From positions 672,001 through 736,000 of the forward strand of contig CAWDRG010000017.1 in the NCBI GenBank assembly GCA_963804645.1: a stretch of 64,000 bases of DNA, read 5' to 3'. This DNA is from an uncultured Bacillota bacterium (GTDB lineage: Bacteria > Sysuimicrobiota > Sysuimicrobiia > Sysuimicrobiales > Segetimicrobiaceae). The notes under the pieces are model-generated. The model was given only the letters and a program-made list of their open reading frames with translations. It ran no database searches and was not told the DNA's origin. Made by a program: the position numbers and the translations under genes. Below, piece by piece: positions 10,146 to 19,805 of this stretch (positions within the stretch are counted from its first letter, which is position 1; the number at the start of each line of letters is the position of its first letter).

Positions 10146-11939
10146 CTACCGCGACTCGAGGCTCGCGGTCAGCGCGCGGACCCCGAGATACGCCCGGGAA
10201 AGCGCAAACGCGATCCGGTTTCGCTCGCGGACCAGCCGCGTGTGCAGAAACTCGTACGCGTCGGTGCCGGGCTCGACCGCGGGCAGCGACGACGCGGCGC
10301 GCAGTCCCGGGATCGGCGGGAGACTCACCGCGAGGTCCTGATCGAACGGGCTCGTTGACGTGAAGTCAATCGGCACCAACCACCGGCTGAGATCCATCAG
10401 GCCTCGGTTGATCCGAGCGGCGATCCGGGGGCTCGGCTTGCCCCCGGCCCGGATCGCGTCGATCTTCCCGTACAGGACGCCGACCGCGGCGGCAAGCGCG
10501 TCGGCCTGCACGGTCGCCGGCTCCAGGTTCAGCCGGCCCTCGGTCCCGGCTTCGATCCCGCGGAGCGCGGTCCGCAGCTCATCGACCGCCACCCGATAGT
10601 CCAGCGGCAGCAGCGGTGCTGTGCACAGCCGGTACATCGCCAGCACGTAGATCGCCGCGTCGCGCACCAGAAAGTCCCGATCGATCTTGTCGAGCGTGTC
10701 GTCCGGTGTGTGCCACCACCAGGCGTGCCCCCCGCTCCCGCTCGAGGACCCCGCCGCCTGGCCCCCGGTCCCGCGCGCCGCCTCGTACGACGGGCCCTGC
10801 GTGGACAGGGTCATGAACAGCGACGGCACCCCGTGTCCCCAAAACGATTGGTCGCCGGCCCGGCTGAACCAGCGGGGGGTGAGCTGCTGGCCGCAGATCG
10901 TCTCGACGACCTCGCTCCCGAACGGCCGCAGCTCCGCCATGGCATACGCGTTGGACACCAGCGTCGCGCCCTGCTCCCCGAGCGAATCGACGTTGACGTG
11001 CACCGCGCAGCCGTCGTGGATCTCCTGCCAGAACTGATCGGCGTACCACGCGGATCCCGCGTAGCGCGCGTGGGAGTGCCCGGACCAGAACGCCACCCGC
11101 AGTCCGCGCCGAAGGGCCCCCCGCCGCCGGGCCATCACGTACGCGACTTCCATCATCCCCGCGTTCGCGGTCCCGTTGTCGATCGCGCCGTAATACCATG
11201 AGTCGACGTGCCCGCTGAGCAGCACAAACGTCTCGGCGTCCGGGCCGGAGCGCGTCGGGCGAAGCTCGCCGACCACGATCGGCAGCTGGTTCCACGCGCG
11301 GTAGACCCGCGTCGTCATGCGCACGCGCGCCGCGCCTCCGCGCGCCGCCTCGATGAGCTGCGTACCTTCGTCCTGTTTGACCGAGACCGACGGCGTCCGG
11401 GGCAGCAGCGGCGCGGTCTCGGGCGTGGGCGTCCCCCACACCGGGGACAGGATGCGTTCGTGCAGGTGGGTGCCCGCGATCCAGACCGAGCCGGCGACGC
11501 CCGCCCGCTCGACCGCCAGGTTGCGCTCGGGGGAGATCACCCCGTCGACGAGCGCGATCTTCCCGCGCACGTCCGCCGCGCGCAGCTCGTCCGCGGTGCC
11601 CCGTCCAACGTAGACGAGCGGCCCGTCAAGACCGTCGGTCCCGGTGGACGCGGCGAACGCGTGGGTGGCGCACGGCAGCTCGACCGTGCGGCCGTCGCCA
11701 GACGTCAACATCAGGCTGGCGGACTCGGGCCAGGAGACGAGGGCCGGGTGCAGGTAGCGCGTGACGTCGTACCCAATCCGCCGCAGTTCTCCCTCGATCC
11801 AATCGAACGCATTCGCTTCGTCCGGCGTCCCCGACAGGCGCACCCACCGCGCGATCGCGCGCGTGGACGCCACCAGCCGCTTTCCCGACACGGCGTTGAC
11901 GACGGCCTGGTCTTGCTTCTGCGAGGGACTAACGCTCAT
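10146..11939 (-). CDS. M28 family peptidase with PA domain, GHSH variant
   Basis: PA insert, SGHVDSW, GAIDN, FWSGHSHARYAGS, NVDS, WWHTPDDT. Confidence 0.85.
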   Translation of the reverse strand: MSVSPSQKQDQAVVNAVSGKRLVASTRAIARWVRLSGTPDEANAFDWIEGELRRIGYDVTRYLHPALVSWPESASLMLTSGDGRTVELPCATHAFAASTGTDGLDGPLVYVGRGTADELRAADVRGKIALVDGVISPERNLAVERAGVAGSVWIAGTHLHERILSPVWGTPTPETAPLLPRTPSVSVKQDEGTQLIEAARGGAARVRMTTRVYRAWNQLPIVVGELRPTRSGPDAETFVLLSGHVDSWYYGAIDNGTANAGMMEVAYVMARRRGALRRGLRVAFWSGHSHARYAGSAWYADQFWQEIHDGCAVHVNVDSLGEQGATLVSNAYAMAELRPFGSEVVETICGQQLTPRWFSRAGDQSFWGHGVPSLFMTLSTQGPSYEAARGTGGQAAGSSSGSGGHAWWWHTPDDTLDKIDRDFLVRDAAIYVLAMYRLCTAPLLPLDYRVAVDELRTALRGIEAGTEGRLNLEPATVQADALAAAVGVLYGKIDAIRAGGKPSPRIAARINRGLMDLSRWLVPIDFTSTSPFDQDLAVSLPPIPGLRAASSLPAVEPGTDAYEFLHTRLVRERNRIAFALSRAYLGVRALTASLESR

Positions 11940-11995
11940 TCCGGTCACCTCTCCTCATGGCCCCCGCGCCCGCCGCTCGGGCGGCCGCGGCGCTG

Positions 11996-12982
11996 TCAGT
12001 TCGCTGCTTCGCGGTGCACGGAGCGCGCGATCGCGCCGCGCGCCGCCTCCATGACCTGGATCGTCCGCTCCAGCGCGGGCAGCGCGTCGGGCACCGCCGC
12101 GGGCTCCGCGATGCCGGCGGCCAGCTCGGCGACCATCGAGAGAATCGGCGCGTCGACCCAGGGGTACGGCGTCGAGCCCTCGTCGCGGTAGACGCGGACC
12201 GCCGTGCGGTACGGATCGACGTGGATCGCATCGCCGGTGCCGACGAGTTCGATCTCGACGTCCGCCACGCTGGTCGAGAGCGACCGCGGGAGGCACCGGG
12301 ACAGCTCGACCGTCGCCAGCACGTCGCCGCCAAACCGGAGGAGGAGGACCACGGAGTCCGGCTCCGGCCCCCCGTCGAACAAGCTCCCCGCCAGCGCCTG
12401 CACGCGGACCACCGGCGCGGCGCACGCGGCCGCGAGAAAATCCGCGACCTCCCAGCCGAACCGGTCGAGCACGCCCCGCGGATCGGGGGCGAGATCGGGG
12501 CGCGGGAGCCGAACGGCGATGTACACGGTCTGCAGCGCACCGAGGCCGCCGTCGGCAACCGCCGCGAGCGCGGTGCGTCCGCCCGGCGTGTGTCGCAGCG
12601 CGCCGCCGGTTACCAGCACGCCGCCGCCCCGCCGGCGCGCGTCGGCGATGCGGCCGAGTTCGTCCGTGTTCTCGGCCGCGGGAGCCGGGCACAGCACGGC
12701 CTTCCCGGCCGACAGCGCCGCCGCCACGATGGCGGGCCGCGCCCGGTCCGGGGTCAGCACCAGGATCCCGCGCAGCGCGGGGTCTCGGACGACCGCGTCC
12801 CAGTCGGCCGAAAACGGCACGCCGAGGCCCTCGGCCAGCGCGGACGCGGCCGCGCGGTCCCGGGAGTCGCCGCCTGCGGCCCACCGCGCGATCCGCGCCT
12901 GCGGCAGCGGCACCCCGTGATCCGCGAGCACCGCGGCGTGCGCGCCGCCGCCGACCACGCCGAGTGGAATCAGCGGCTTCAT
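11996..12982 (-). CDS. Degenerate Gfo/Idh/MocA-family protein
   Basis: ALSAGKAVLCPAP (EKP lost) with a Gfo/Idh/MocA-like C-terminus; ATGA overlap with upstream paralog. Confidence 0.72.
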   Translation of the reverse strand: MKPLIPLGVVGGGAHAAVLADHGVPLPQARIARWAAGGDSRDRAAASALAEGLGVPFSADWDAVVRDPALRGILVLTPDRARPAIVAAALSAGKAVLCPAPAAENTDELGRIADARRRGGGVLVTGGALRHTPGGRTALAAVADGGLGALQTVYIAVRLPRPDLAPDPRGVLDRFGWEVADFLAAACAAPVVRVQALAGSLFDGGPEPDSVVLLLRFGGDVLATVELSRCLPRSLSTSVADVEIELVGTGDAIHVDPYRTAVRVYRDEGSTPYPWVDAPILSMVAELAAGIAEPAAVPDALPALERTIQVMEAARGAIARSVHREAAN

Positions 12983-14025
12983 GCGCGCGCTCCGGCGAGC
13001 CGCACGGTCTCGCCGGTCCTGGCCGACTCGGATGCGGCCAGCGCCAGCTCGAGTGCGGCGCGCGCTTCGGTCGCCGGCATCGGCAGCGGCGCGCGCCCTT
13101 CGACCGCGTCCAGAAACGCCGCCCACTCGCGCGTGTAGGCCGCCGAGTTGTGCAGCAGCACCTCGCGGATCGCGGGGAACTCGGCGCCCGTCTCTGCGTA
13201 CCGCGTCACCGGCGCGAGCTCGAGGTCCTTCGCGCGGATCGCGCCGCGGCTGCCGTAGACTTCGCACTGATGGAACGCGGGGTAGCTCTGCGGAAGGTTG
13301 TTGTGGACCTCCGCGGACGCGATCGCGCCGTTGGCAAACCGGATCGTGATCGTGATGAAATCGGGCGCGCCCTTGGTGTTGGTCGCCACCGTCACCCGGT
13401 GTTCCGCGAGCACGGCGACCGCCTGGCCGCCGGTAAACCAGCGCAGCAGGTCCATCTCGTGCACCCCGTTGGACAGGACCGCGCCGTGCGAGAGCGTGGG
13501 GTTCCCGCTCCAGTGCTCCGGGGTGTAGTAGCGCGTATGTCCGGCTTGGGGACGCGGGCGCCGCTCGTTTTCGCGGACCAGCCGGACCGTGCCGACGTCC
13601 CCGCGGTCGATGGCCGCCCGGACTTCCATGTACCGACGCGTGAAGCGCCGGCTGTGCGCGACCATGAACAGCACGCCGGCCCGCTGGCAGGCGCCGAGCA
13701 TCGCGTCCGCCTCGGCGAGCGAGTTGGCCATCGGCTTTTCGCAGAGCACGTGCCGGCCGGCCGCGGCGGCCGCCTCGACCTGCGCCTGGTGGGCGAACTC
13801 CGGGGTCGCGATCATGACCGCGTCGAGGTCGTCGCGGCGCAGCATCTCGCGATAGTCGACGTACGCCGCCGCACCCCACGGCGCGGCGGCCTTCTCGGCG
13901 AGGTCGCGATTCAAGTCGGCCGCGGCCACGAGCGTCACGCGGTCCCTCAGCGTGCGCATCGCGGGCAGGTGGGCCCGCATGGCGATTCCGCCGCAGCCGA
14001 TCAAGCCCATCCGCACCAACGACAT
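12979..14025 (-). CDS. Gfo/Idh/MocA family oxidoreductase
   Basis: GLIGCGGIA, ATPEFAH, HVLCEKP, NGVHEMD. Confidence 0.92.
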   Translation of the reverse strand: MSLVRMGLIGCGGIAMRAHLPAMRTLRDRVTLVAAADLNRDLAEKAAAPWGAAAYVDYREMLRRDDLDAVMIATPEFAHQAQVEAAAAAGRHVLCEKPMANSLAEADAMLGACQRAGVLFMVAHSRRFTRRYMEVRAAIDRGDVGTVRLVRENERRPRPQAGHTRYYTPEHWSGNPTLSHGAVLSNGVHEMDLLRWFTGGQAVAVLAEHRVTVATNTKGAPDFITITIRFANGAIASAEVHNNLPQSYPAFHQCEVYGSRGAIRAKDLELAPVTRYAETGAEFPAIREVLLHNSAAYTREWAAFLDAVEGRAPLPMPATEARAALELALAASESARTGETVRLAGARA

Positions 14026-14396
14026 CGGGGTCCCCCCGCGGCGCCGCACTCGACCGGCGCGCACACATGATCGAACGCCGCCGACGGGCGGCCAACCACC
14101 GCCGCCTGATCACTCCGTGACCGCGCGCAGAGGCCCCGGGCATGGACGTCCCTCGACGGGGCGAAGAAGACCGCGGCGATGCGAGACGAGGTCGGCTGGC
14201 GATCGTATTCTGCCGCCGTATTCTGCGGAGGCCGAACGTTTCCTCCAGCGCCGCGGCGCGCGCGCAGGAAGGCGGCGCACGCACGCCAAACTATCGGGCG
14301 GGTTCCCGCAGGACTGGACGCGCGCGCGCTTCCCCCGCCCGGCACCGCGCGAGTCTCCCGCCACCCGCAACGGATGCAGACGGCCGAGGTGCAGTG

Positions 14397-15542
14397 ATGA
14401 GGATCAAACACATTGAGGGCGTGCACGTGCGGGTCCCGCTCGGTACGCCGTACCACAATGCGCGCGGGCAGATGGACGCGTTCGACAGCGTGATCGTGCG
14501 GGTCGAAACGGACGACGGCCTGGTCGGCTATGGGGAGAGCGTACCCTTCAACTTCAGCGCGACCGATCCGAGAGCGGAGCTGGGCGACGCCCGCGTGCAG
14601 GCGCGGCTCATCAACGGCCCGATCGCATCCGCGCTCCAGGGCGCCGACCCGCTCGACATCGAGGCGCTCGTCACGCGGGCCGCGGATCTCGCCGGACCGA
14701 ACGTCGACGCGATCGGCGGGGTGGATCTGGCCCTGTGGGATCTCATGGGAAAATCCCTCGGCCAGCCGGTGTATCGCCTACTCGGCGGCGTCTGCCAGGA
14801 TCCGATCCCCGTCGACTTCACGATCGGCGCGCGGTCCCCGGCCGAGACCGCGGCGTTTGCCTTGGAGGTCCACCGCGACGGGTTCCAGGGGGTGGTCGTC
14901 AAAGTCCCGTGCCGGTCGATCGACGAGGACGTGGAGCGCGTGCGGGCCGTCCGGAACGCCCTGCCGCCGCACTGCACCATCCGGGTCGACTGCAACACCG
15001 GCCACACCCGCGACGGCGCGATCGCGTTCATCCGACGCATCGCGGAGTTCAACATCGAGTTCGTCGAGCAGCCGGTCGCGGCGGACGATCTTGAGGGGCT
15101 CCGGCTGTGCCGGGCGGTCGGGGTGCCGATCAGCGCGGACGAGAGCCTGAACACCCTGCGCGATGCGATCGAACTGGTCAAGCAGGATGCGTGCGACATC
15201 ATGAACATCAAGGTCCCGAAGGTGGGAGGCCTGCTCTTTTCGAAGCGCGTCGCGGCGATCGCCGCCGCGGCCGGCATGCCCGTGGTCATCGGCGGACGCA
15301 CGACGCTCGAACCGTGCAGGGCCGCGAGCCGGCACTTCGCCACGTCGACACCCGTGACCACCGGGAGAGCGCACGAAGGACCGGGGCCGGCGTCCCAAGG
15401 TCTCAGCGGCGATGTCGTCACGGACCAGACCACGCGCCAGACGGTCCGGGAGCATGGGGGGTACGTCCGGGTCAGTCAGACGCCGGGGCTCGGCGTCGAG
15501 GTGCTGTGGGACAAAGTCGCCGCGTACGCGGTCCCGGCGTAA
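14397..15542 (+). CDS. Mandelate racemase/muconate lactonizing enzyme family (enolase superfamily)
   Basis: DLALWDL, RVDCN, VEQP, ADES, NIKVPKVGG, PGLGVE. Confidence 0.9.
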   Translation: MRIKHIEGVHVRVPLGTPYHNARGQMDAFDSVIVRVETDDGLVGYGESVPFNFSATDPRAELGDARVQARLINGPIASALQGADPLDIEALVTRAADLAGPNVDAIGGVDLALWDLMGKSLGQPVYRLLGGVCQDPIPVDFTIGARSPAETAAFALEVHRDGFQGVVVKVPCRSIDEDVERVRAVRNALPPHCTIRVDCNTGHTRDGAIAFIRRIAEFNIEFVEQPVAADDLEGLRLCRAVGVPISADESLNTLRDAIELVKQDACDIMNIKVPKVGGLLFSKRVAAIAAAAGMPVVIGGRTTLEPCRAASRHFATSTPVTTGRAHEGPGPASQGLSGDVVTDQTTRQTVREHGGYVRVSQTPGLGVEVLWDKVAAYAVPA

Positions 15543-15558
15543 TCCGCACCGCCTCGCC

Positions 15559-16350
15559 TCATCCGAGGCCGCGCACGATGCCCCCGTCGACCTGCAGCGA
15601 GGCGCCGGTCACAAACCCGGCCGCGTCGGACGCCAGGAACGCGACGACGTTCGCGACGTCGGACGGCGCGCCGAGGCGTCGCAGGGGGATGGCGAGCGCG
15701 CGCTGTGCGAGGACGTCGACCGCGTCGACACCGTCCCGCTCGCCGGCGCGGCGCGCGAGCTCCACCGTGCGCTCCGTACGAATGGATCCGGGGCACACGT
15801 TGTTGACGCGGATCCCATCCGCCCCGAGCTCGTCCGCCAGGGTCTTCGCCAGCCCGACGATCGCGAGGCGCACCGAGTTGGACAGCAGCACGCCGGCGAG
15901 CGGCTGCTTGACGCTGACGCTGAGCACGTTGACGATCGACCCTCCGCCCGACGCGCGCAGGTGCGGGACCGCGGCGCGCGTCACCCGGAGGTTGCTGAGA
16001 AACGCCAGCTCGAAGTAGTCGAGGAAGTCGGCGTCGGTGAGCTCGGCGAACCCGCCGTGCCGCGGGCCGCCCGTGTTGTTCACCACGACGTCGAGCCCGC
16101 CCATCTCGCGCGCCGCGTCGGACACGTAGGCCCCGATCTCGTCGGCCCGCCGCAGATCGACCGAGCGGGAGAACGGTCGTGGGGTGCCGGCGCGCTCGAT
16201 CGCGTTCGCGACGTCCTCGAGCGCATCGGCCGACCGCGCGCAGATCGCCACGCGGGCCCCCCAGGACGCGAGGGTCTCGGCGATCGCGCGGCCCAACCCT
16301 CGGCTCGCGGCCGTGACGATCGCGCGCTTGCCGTCCAATCGCACGTGCAT
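15559..16350 (-). CDS. SDR family oxidoreductase (atypical)
   Basis: TAASRGLG, NNTGGP, SNSVR in place of YxxxK, NNVCPG, VDGG. Confidence 0.9.
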   Translation of the reverse strand: MHVRLDGKRAIVTAASRGLGRAIAETLASWGARVAICARSADALEDVANAIERAGTPRPFSRSVDLRRADEIGAYVSDAAREMGGLDVVVNNTGGPRHGGFAELTDADFLDYFELAFLSNLRVTRAAVPHLRASGGGSIVNVLSVSVKQPLAGVLLSNSVRLAIVGLAKTLADELGADGIRVNNVCPGSIRTERTVELARRAGERDGVDAVDVLAQRALAIPLRRLGAPSDVANVVAFLASDAAGFVTGASLQVDGGIVRGLG

Positions 16351-16388
16351 GGCGTGTCCTTTCGTCGGCCGTGTATTGACGCGGCGCG

Positions 16389-17519
16389 CTACGACAGCCC
16401 GAGCGACTCCTCGAACCCCGTCACCGCTCCCGCGAGCATCTGCGCGACGAGCCAGCCGGTCACGGGCGCCAGCGCGATCCCGTCGCCGCCGTGGGCGCAC
16501 GCGAGGATCAGACCCGCGGGGCGCGGGCAGCGCGCGACGATGGGGCGCTTGTGGGACCCGACGGGACGCAGCCCAACCGTGTGGCCGACGACGGGCAGCG
16601 GCATCAGCGACGGGAAGAAGCGGCCGAACTCCTCGAGGAGCGCCTCGCGGGCGCGGGACGAGGGGGTGAGGTCGAACCCGGACAGCTCGCGCGTGGCGCC
16701 GAGCCGGATCGACCGGTCGGGGTCCTGGCCGACCGCCAGCCCGACCGAGAAATGGCCCTCGGGCAGATTCGTCGCAAACTTGGCCGCCAGCACGGCCGGC
16801 GCCAGCACCCGCCCCCGGAGCTCGTACGGGACGGGACTCGTCACCAGCATCTCCCCTTTTTCGAAATGGATCGGGACGTCGACCCCCACGCCCGCGGCGA
16901 GCGGCAGCGTCCAGGGGCCGGCCGCGAGGACGACGTCCCCGCAGCCGATGACGCCGGCGGCGGTCACGACGCCCCGCACCCGGTCATCGACGACGTCGAA
17001 CCCGCGCACCTCGGTGTGCGGGCGAATCGACGCGCCCCGCGCGGCCGCGGCGCCGGCCACGGCCAGACACGCGTCGCCGGGTGGCACCATGGCGTCGTCC
17101 GGGGCGTAGCTCGCTCCGAGCACGTCCCGCGCGAGATGCGGCATCCGCGCGCGCAGTTCTGCCGCGTCGAGCGACTCGACGCGGACACCCTCGCGGGTCA
17201 GCCAGTCGACGCGCTCCCGCACGAACGCGGCCTCCGCCTCAGAGCGGTAGGGCACGTAGCTCCCGTTGACCTCGTAGGGCACGCCCGCGTCCTCGCGCAG
17301 CGCCTCGTACAGGCGCATGCTCTTCCAGGTGAGCGCGATCAGCAGCGGGAGGTTTTTGGTGTGGCACAGCACGCCGCCGCCGGAGGCGGACGCGGTCGCC
17401 CCGCCGATCTCCCCCCGCTCCAGCAGCACGACACTGCGGCCGAGCCGCCGGATCTCGTACGCGCAGCAAACGCCGATCATCCCGCCTCCGACGACGACCA
17501 CGTCCGCGCTGTCCGGCAT
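16389..17519 (-). CDS. DAO-family FAD-dependent oxidoreductase (glycine/sarcosine oxidase-like)
   Basis: VGGGMIG, GATASASGG, AAGPW, GLRP, HGGDGIALAP. Confidence 0.9.
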   Translation of the reverse strand: MPDSADVVVVGGGMIGVCCAYEIRRLGRSVVLLERGEIGGATASASGGGVLCHTKNLPLLIALTWKSMRLYEALREDAGVPYEVNGSYVPYRSEAEAAFVRERVDWLTREGVRVESLDAAELRARMPHLARDVLGASYAPDDAMVPPGDACLAVAGAAAARGASIRPHTEVRGFDVVDDRVRGVVTAAGVIGCGDVVLAAGPWTLPLAAGVGVDVPIHFEKGEMLVTSPVPYELRGRVLAPAVLAAKFATNLPEGHFSVGLAVGQDPDRSIRLGATRELSGFDLTPSSRAREALLEEFGRFFPSLMPLPVVGHTVGLRPVGSHKRPIVARCPRPAGLILACAHGGDGIALAPVTGWLVAQMLAGAVTGFEESLGLS

Positions 17520-17557
17520 CGGCCACCCGCCCCTTCCCGAAATGGTCCCGTCCGCGG

Positions 17558-18538
17558 CTACAGCGGCAGCTCCGTGCCCGCGCCCGCGGCGCGCGCGCGG
17601 CGGTACAGCTCGGCCGCCGTCGCGAGATCCTCGAGGGCGACCCCGAGGTTGAACGCCAGGATCCGGGCGTCCGGCCGCTCACGACCCGGGTGGTGCCCGG
17701 CGACGATGTCGCCCAGCTCCGCGTCGATCCGCGTCACCGTCTGAAACAACCCGTGCTCCTTCATATGGTCGATCGAGCGCGCGTCGTCCGTCACGACGCA
17801 GTCCATCGCGTCGATCGCCGCCCGCGACCAGAACGTGTCCCGGTTGATCGAGACACTGACCGCCCCCGGCGCGATCCACTCGGGTTCGATCAGCCCATCT
17901 CGGGGCCGGTCGTTTGAGCCGGCCGTCACGACGACCGACGCGCCGTCGATCGCCTCCCGGGCGCTCCGCGCGGCGCGGACGTCAAGCCGCAGCGTCCCGG
18001 ACATCTCCTCGGCGTAGCGCGCCGCGACGTCCGGCTTGACGTCGTAGGCCCGCACGGCCCGCACCGCCACCGGAGACGCCGCGATCGCGTCGAGGTTGCT
18101 GCGCCCCTGCACGCCGCAGCCGAGAATCGCGAGATCCTGGGCGCCGGCGTTCGCGAGACATTCCACCGTCAGCGCCGTCGCCGCGCCGGTGCGCATCGCC
18201 GTGATCCAGGTGGAATCCATGATCGCGAGCGGCGCGCCGGTCTCGGCGTCGTTCAGGATGTACAGCCCGAGAATGTACGGCAGGTCGTCGGCGGGACCGC
18301 GCGGCGTGCCGCTGCTCCACTTGACGCCCGCGGCGCCGAGCGACGCGAGGTAGCACGGCATCGCGCTGTAGAACGTGTCGGGGCTGCGCATGATCCAGAT
18401 CTTCCCCGGCATGAGCGCCCGTCCCGCCGCGCGTTCCTGAAACGCCGAGCGCAGGAGCCCGACGATCTCGGACACTCCGAGCCCGAGGCCTTCGATGTCG
18501 GTGCGGCTCAAATACAGCAAGGTACGACCGAGCGTCAC
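17558..18538 (-). CDS. Ornithine cyclodeaminase/mu-crystallin family protein
   Basis: AMP, GVKW, ITAMRTGA, GCGVQG, GVALED. Confidence 0.9.
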   Translation of the reverse strand: MTLGRTLLYLSRTDIEGLGLGVSEIVGLLRSAFQERAAGRALMPGKIWIMRSPDTFYSAMPCYLASLGAAGVKWSSGTPRGPADDLPYILGLYILNDAETGAPLAIMDSTWITAMRTGAATALTVECLANAGAQDLAILGCGVQGRSNLDAIAASPVAVRAVRAYDVKPDVAARYAEEMSGTLRLDVRAARSAREAIDGASVVVTAGSNDRPRDGLIEPEWIAPGAVSVSINRDTFWSRAAIDAMDCVVTDDARSIDHMKEHGLFQTVTRIDAELGDIVAGHHPGRERPDARILAFNLGVALEDLATAAELYRRARAAGAGTELPL

Positions 18539-18590
18539 GATGCCATCCTCCCCGTGCCGCGCCGGCGTGCGAGCGGGCCGGCCCCGCGGG

Positions 18591-19742
18591 CTAGAAGAAG
18601 TTCGCTTCCTTGCGCACCGGCGCGGCGAACCGCTCGAGCCGGAACGCGCCGAGATCGAGCGACGCCGCGCGGCCGTCCACGATCAACTCGCTCACGAGCA
18701 GCCCGATCGCGGGCGCGTGCATGAACCCCTTGCCGTTGTCCCCGCAGGCCAGCACCAGGCCGTCGAGGCCCGACACCCGGCCCACAATCGGGTGATAGTC
18801 GGGGGTCAGCGCGCGCACGCCCGAGTAACTGCGCCGGACGCGCGCCTCCACCAGCCGGGGGATGCGCCGCGCCCCCGCGGACAGCACGCGCTCCACCCCG
18901 TCCCACTCCACGTCGCTCCCCTCTCCCGGGCGCGTGTCCCGGTCCGTCCCGCCCAACAGCAGGTCGCCGTGACCTGTCCGGTGGATGTAGAATCCGGTAT
19001 CGGCGTCGGTGACGAGGGGCATCTCGACATCGAGGGCCGGGATCGGCGCGACGACGCTGACCTGGCGGCGGAACGGCAGGGCGGGCACGTCGAGCCCGGC
19101 CCACCGGGCAACCGACGCGGACGACGGCCCGGCGGCGATGACGACGGTCCCGGCGTCGAGCCCTCCGTCATGCGTCTCGACGCCGCTCACCCGAGCGCCG
19201 GTCCGGCGCAGCCCGACCACCTCCTGCTCGCAGCGGATCTCGGCGCCGAGCACGCGGGCGCGCGCCGAAAATCCCTGCACCGCCGCGGAGGGCTCCGCGG
19301 ACCCGTCCTCCTGACAGAAGGTTCCGCCGAGGAGATCGTCGGTCCGCAGCTCGGGCACCAACGCCTGCGCCTCCGGTGCCGTCACCGTCCGGCTCGGAAC
19401 CCCGAGCGACTGCTGCAGCGCGACCCCCGCGCGCAGCTCGTCCATCGTGCGGGCGTCACCCGTCACGATCAATCGGCCGTGCGGACGGAAGTTGACGGAG
19501 TAACCCGTCTCCTCCTCGAAGCGGCGGTAGATCGGCAGGCTGAGCTGCGTGAGCCGGATGTTCTCCGTCGTGGAGAACTGGTACCGGATCGCCCCGGTCG
19601 CCTTCGCGGTCGAGCCCATCCCGAGCATCGCCTCCCGCTCCAGCACGACCACGCGCTGCGAGGGGGCCCGGCGCATCAGGTGGTAGGCGATGCTGCACCC
19701 GATGACACCGCCGCCGATGATGACGACGTCGGCGGATCTCAT
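18591..19742 (-). CDS. DAO-family FAD-dependent oxidoreductase (sarcosine oxidase beta-like)
   Basis: IGGGVIG, GSTAKATGAIR, TPDYHPIVG, GKGFMHAP. Confidence 0.9.
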   Translation of the reverse strand: MRSADVVIIGGGVIGCSIAYHLMRRAPSQRVVVLEREAMLGMGSTAKATGAIRYQFSTTENIRLTQLSLPIYRRFEEETGYSVNFRPHGRLIVTGDARTMDELRAGVALQQSLGVPSRTVTAPEAQALVPELRTDDLLGGTFCQEDGSAEPSAAVQGFSARARVLGAEIRCEQEVVGLRRTGARVSGVETHDGGLDAGTVVIAAGPSSASVARWAGLDVPALPFRRQVSVVAPIPALDVEMPLVTDADTGFYIHRTGHGDLLLGGTDRDTRPGEGSDVEWDGVERVLSAGARRIPRLVEARVRRSYSGVRALTPDYHPIVGRVSGLDGLVLACGDNGKGFMHAPAIGLLVSELIVDGRAASLDLGAFRLERFAAPVRKEANFF

Positions 19743-19805
19743 CGGCGGTCCCGCGGATGCGTGAGGCGGCCACTCGTCCGCGCACCGGCAGGACGTCGCA
19801 TCCGG

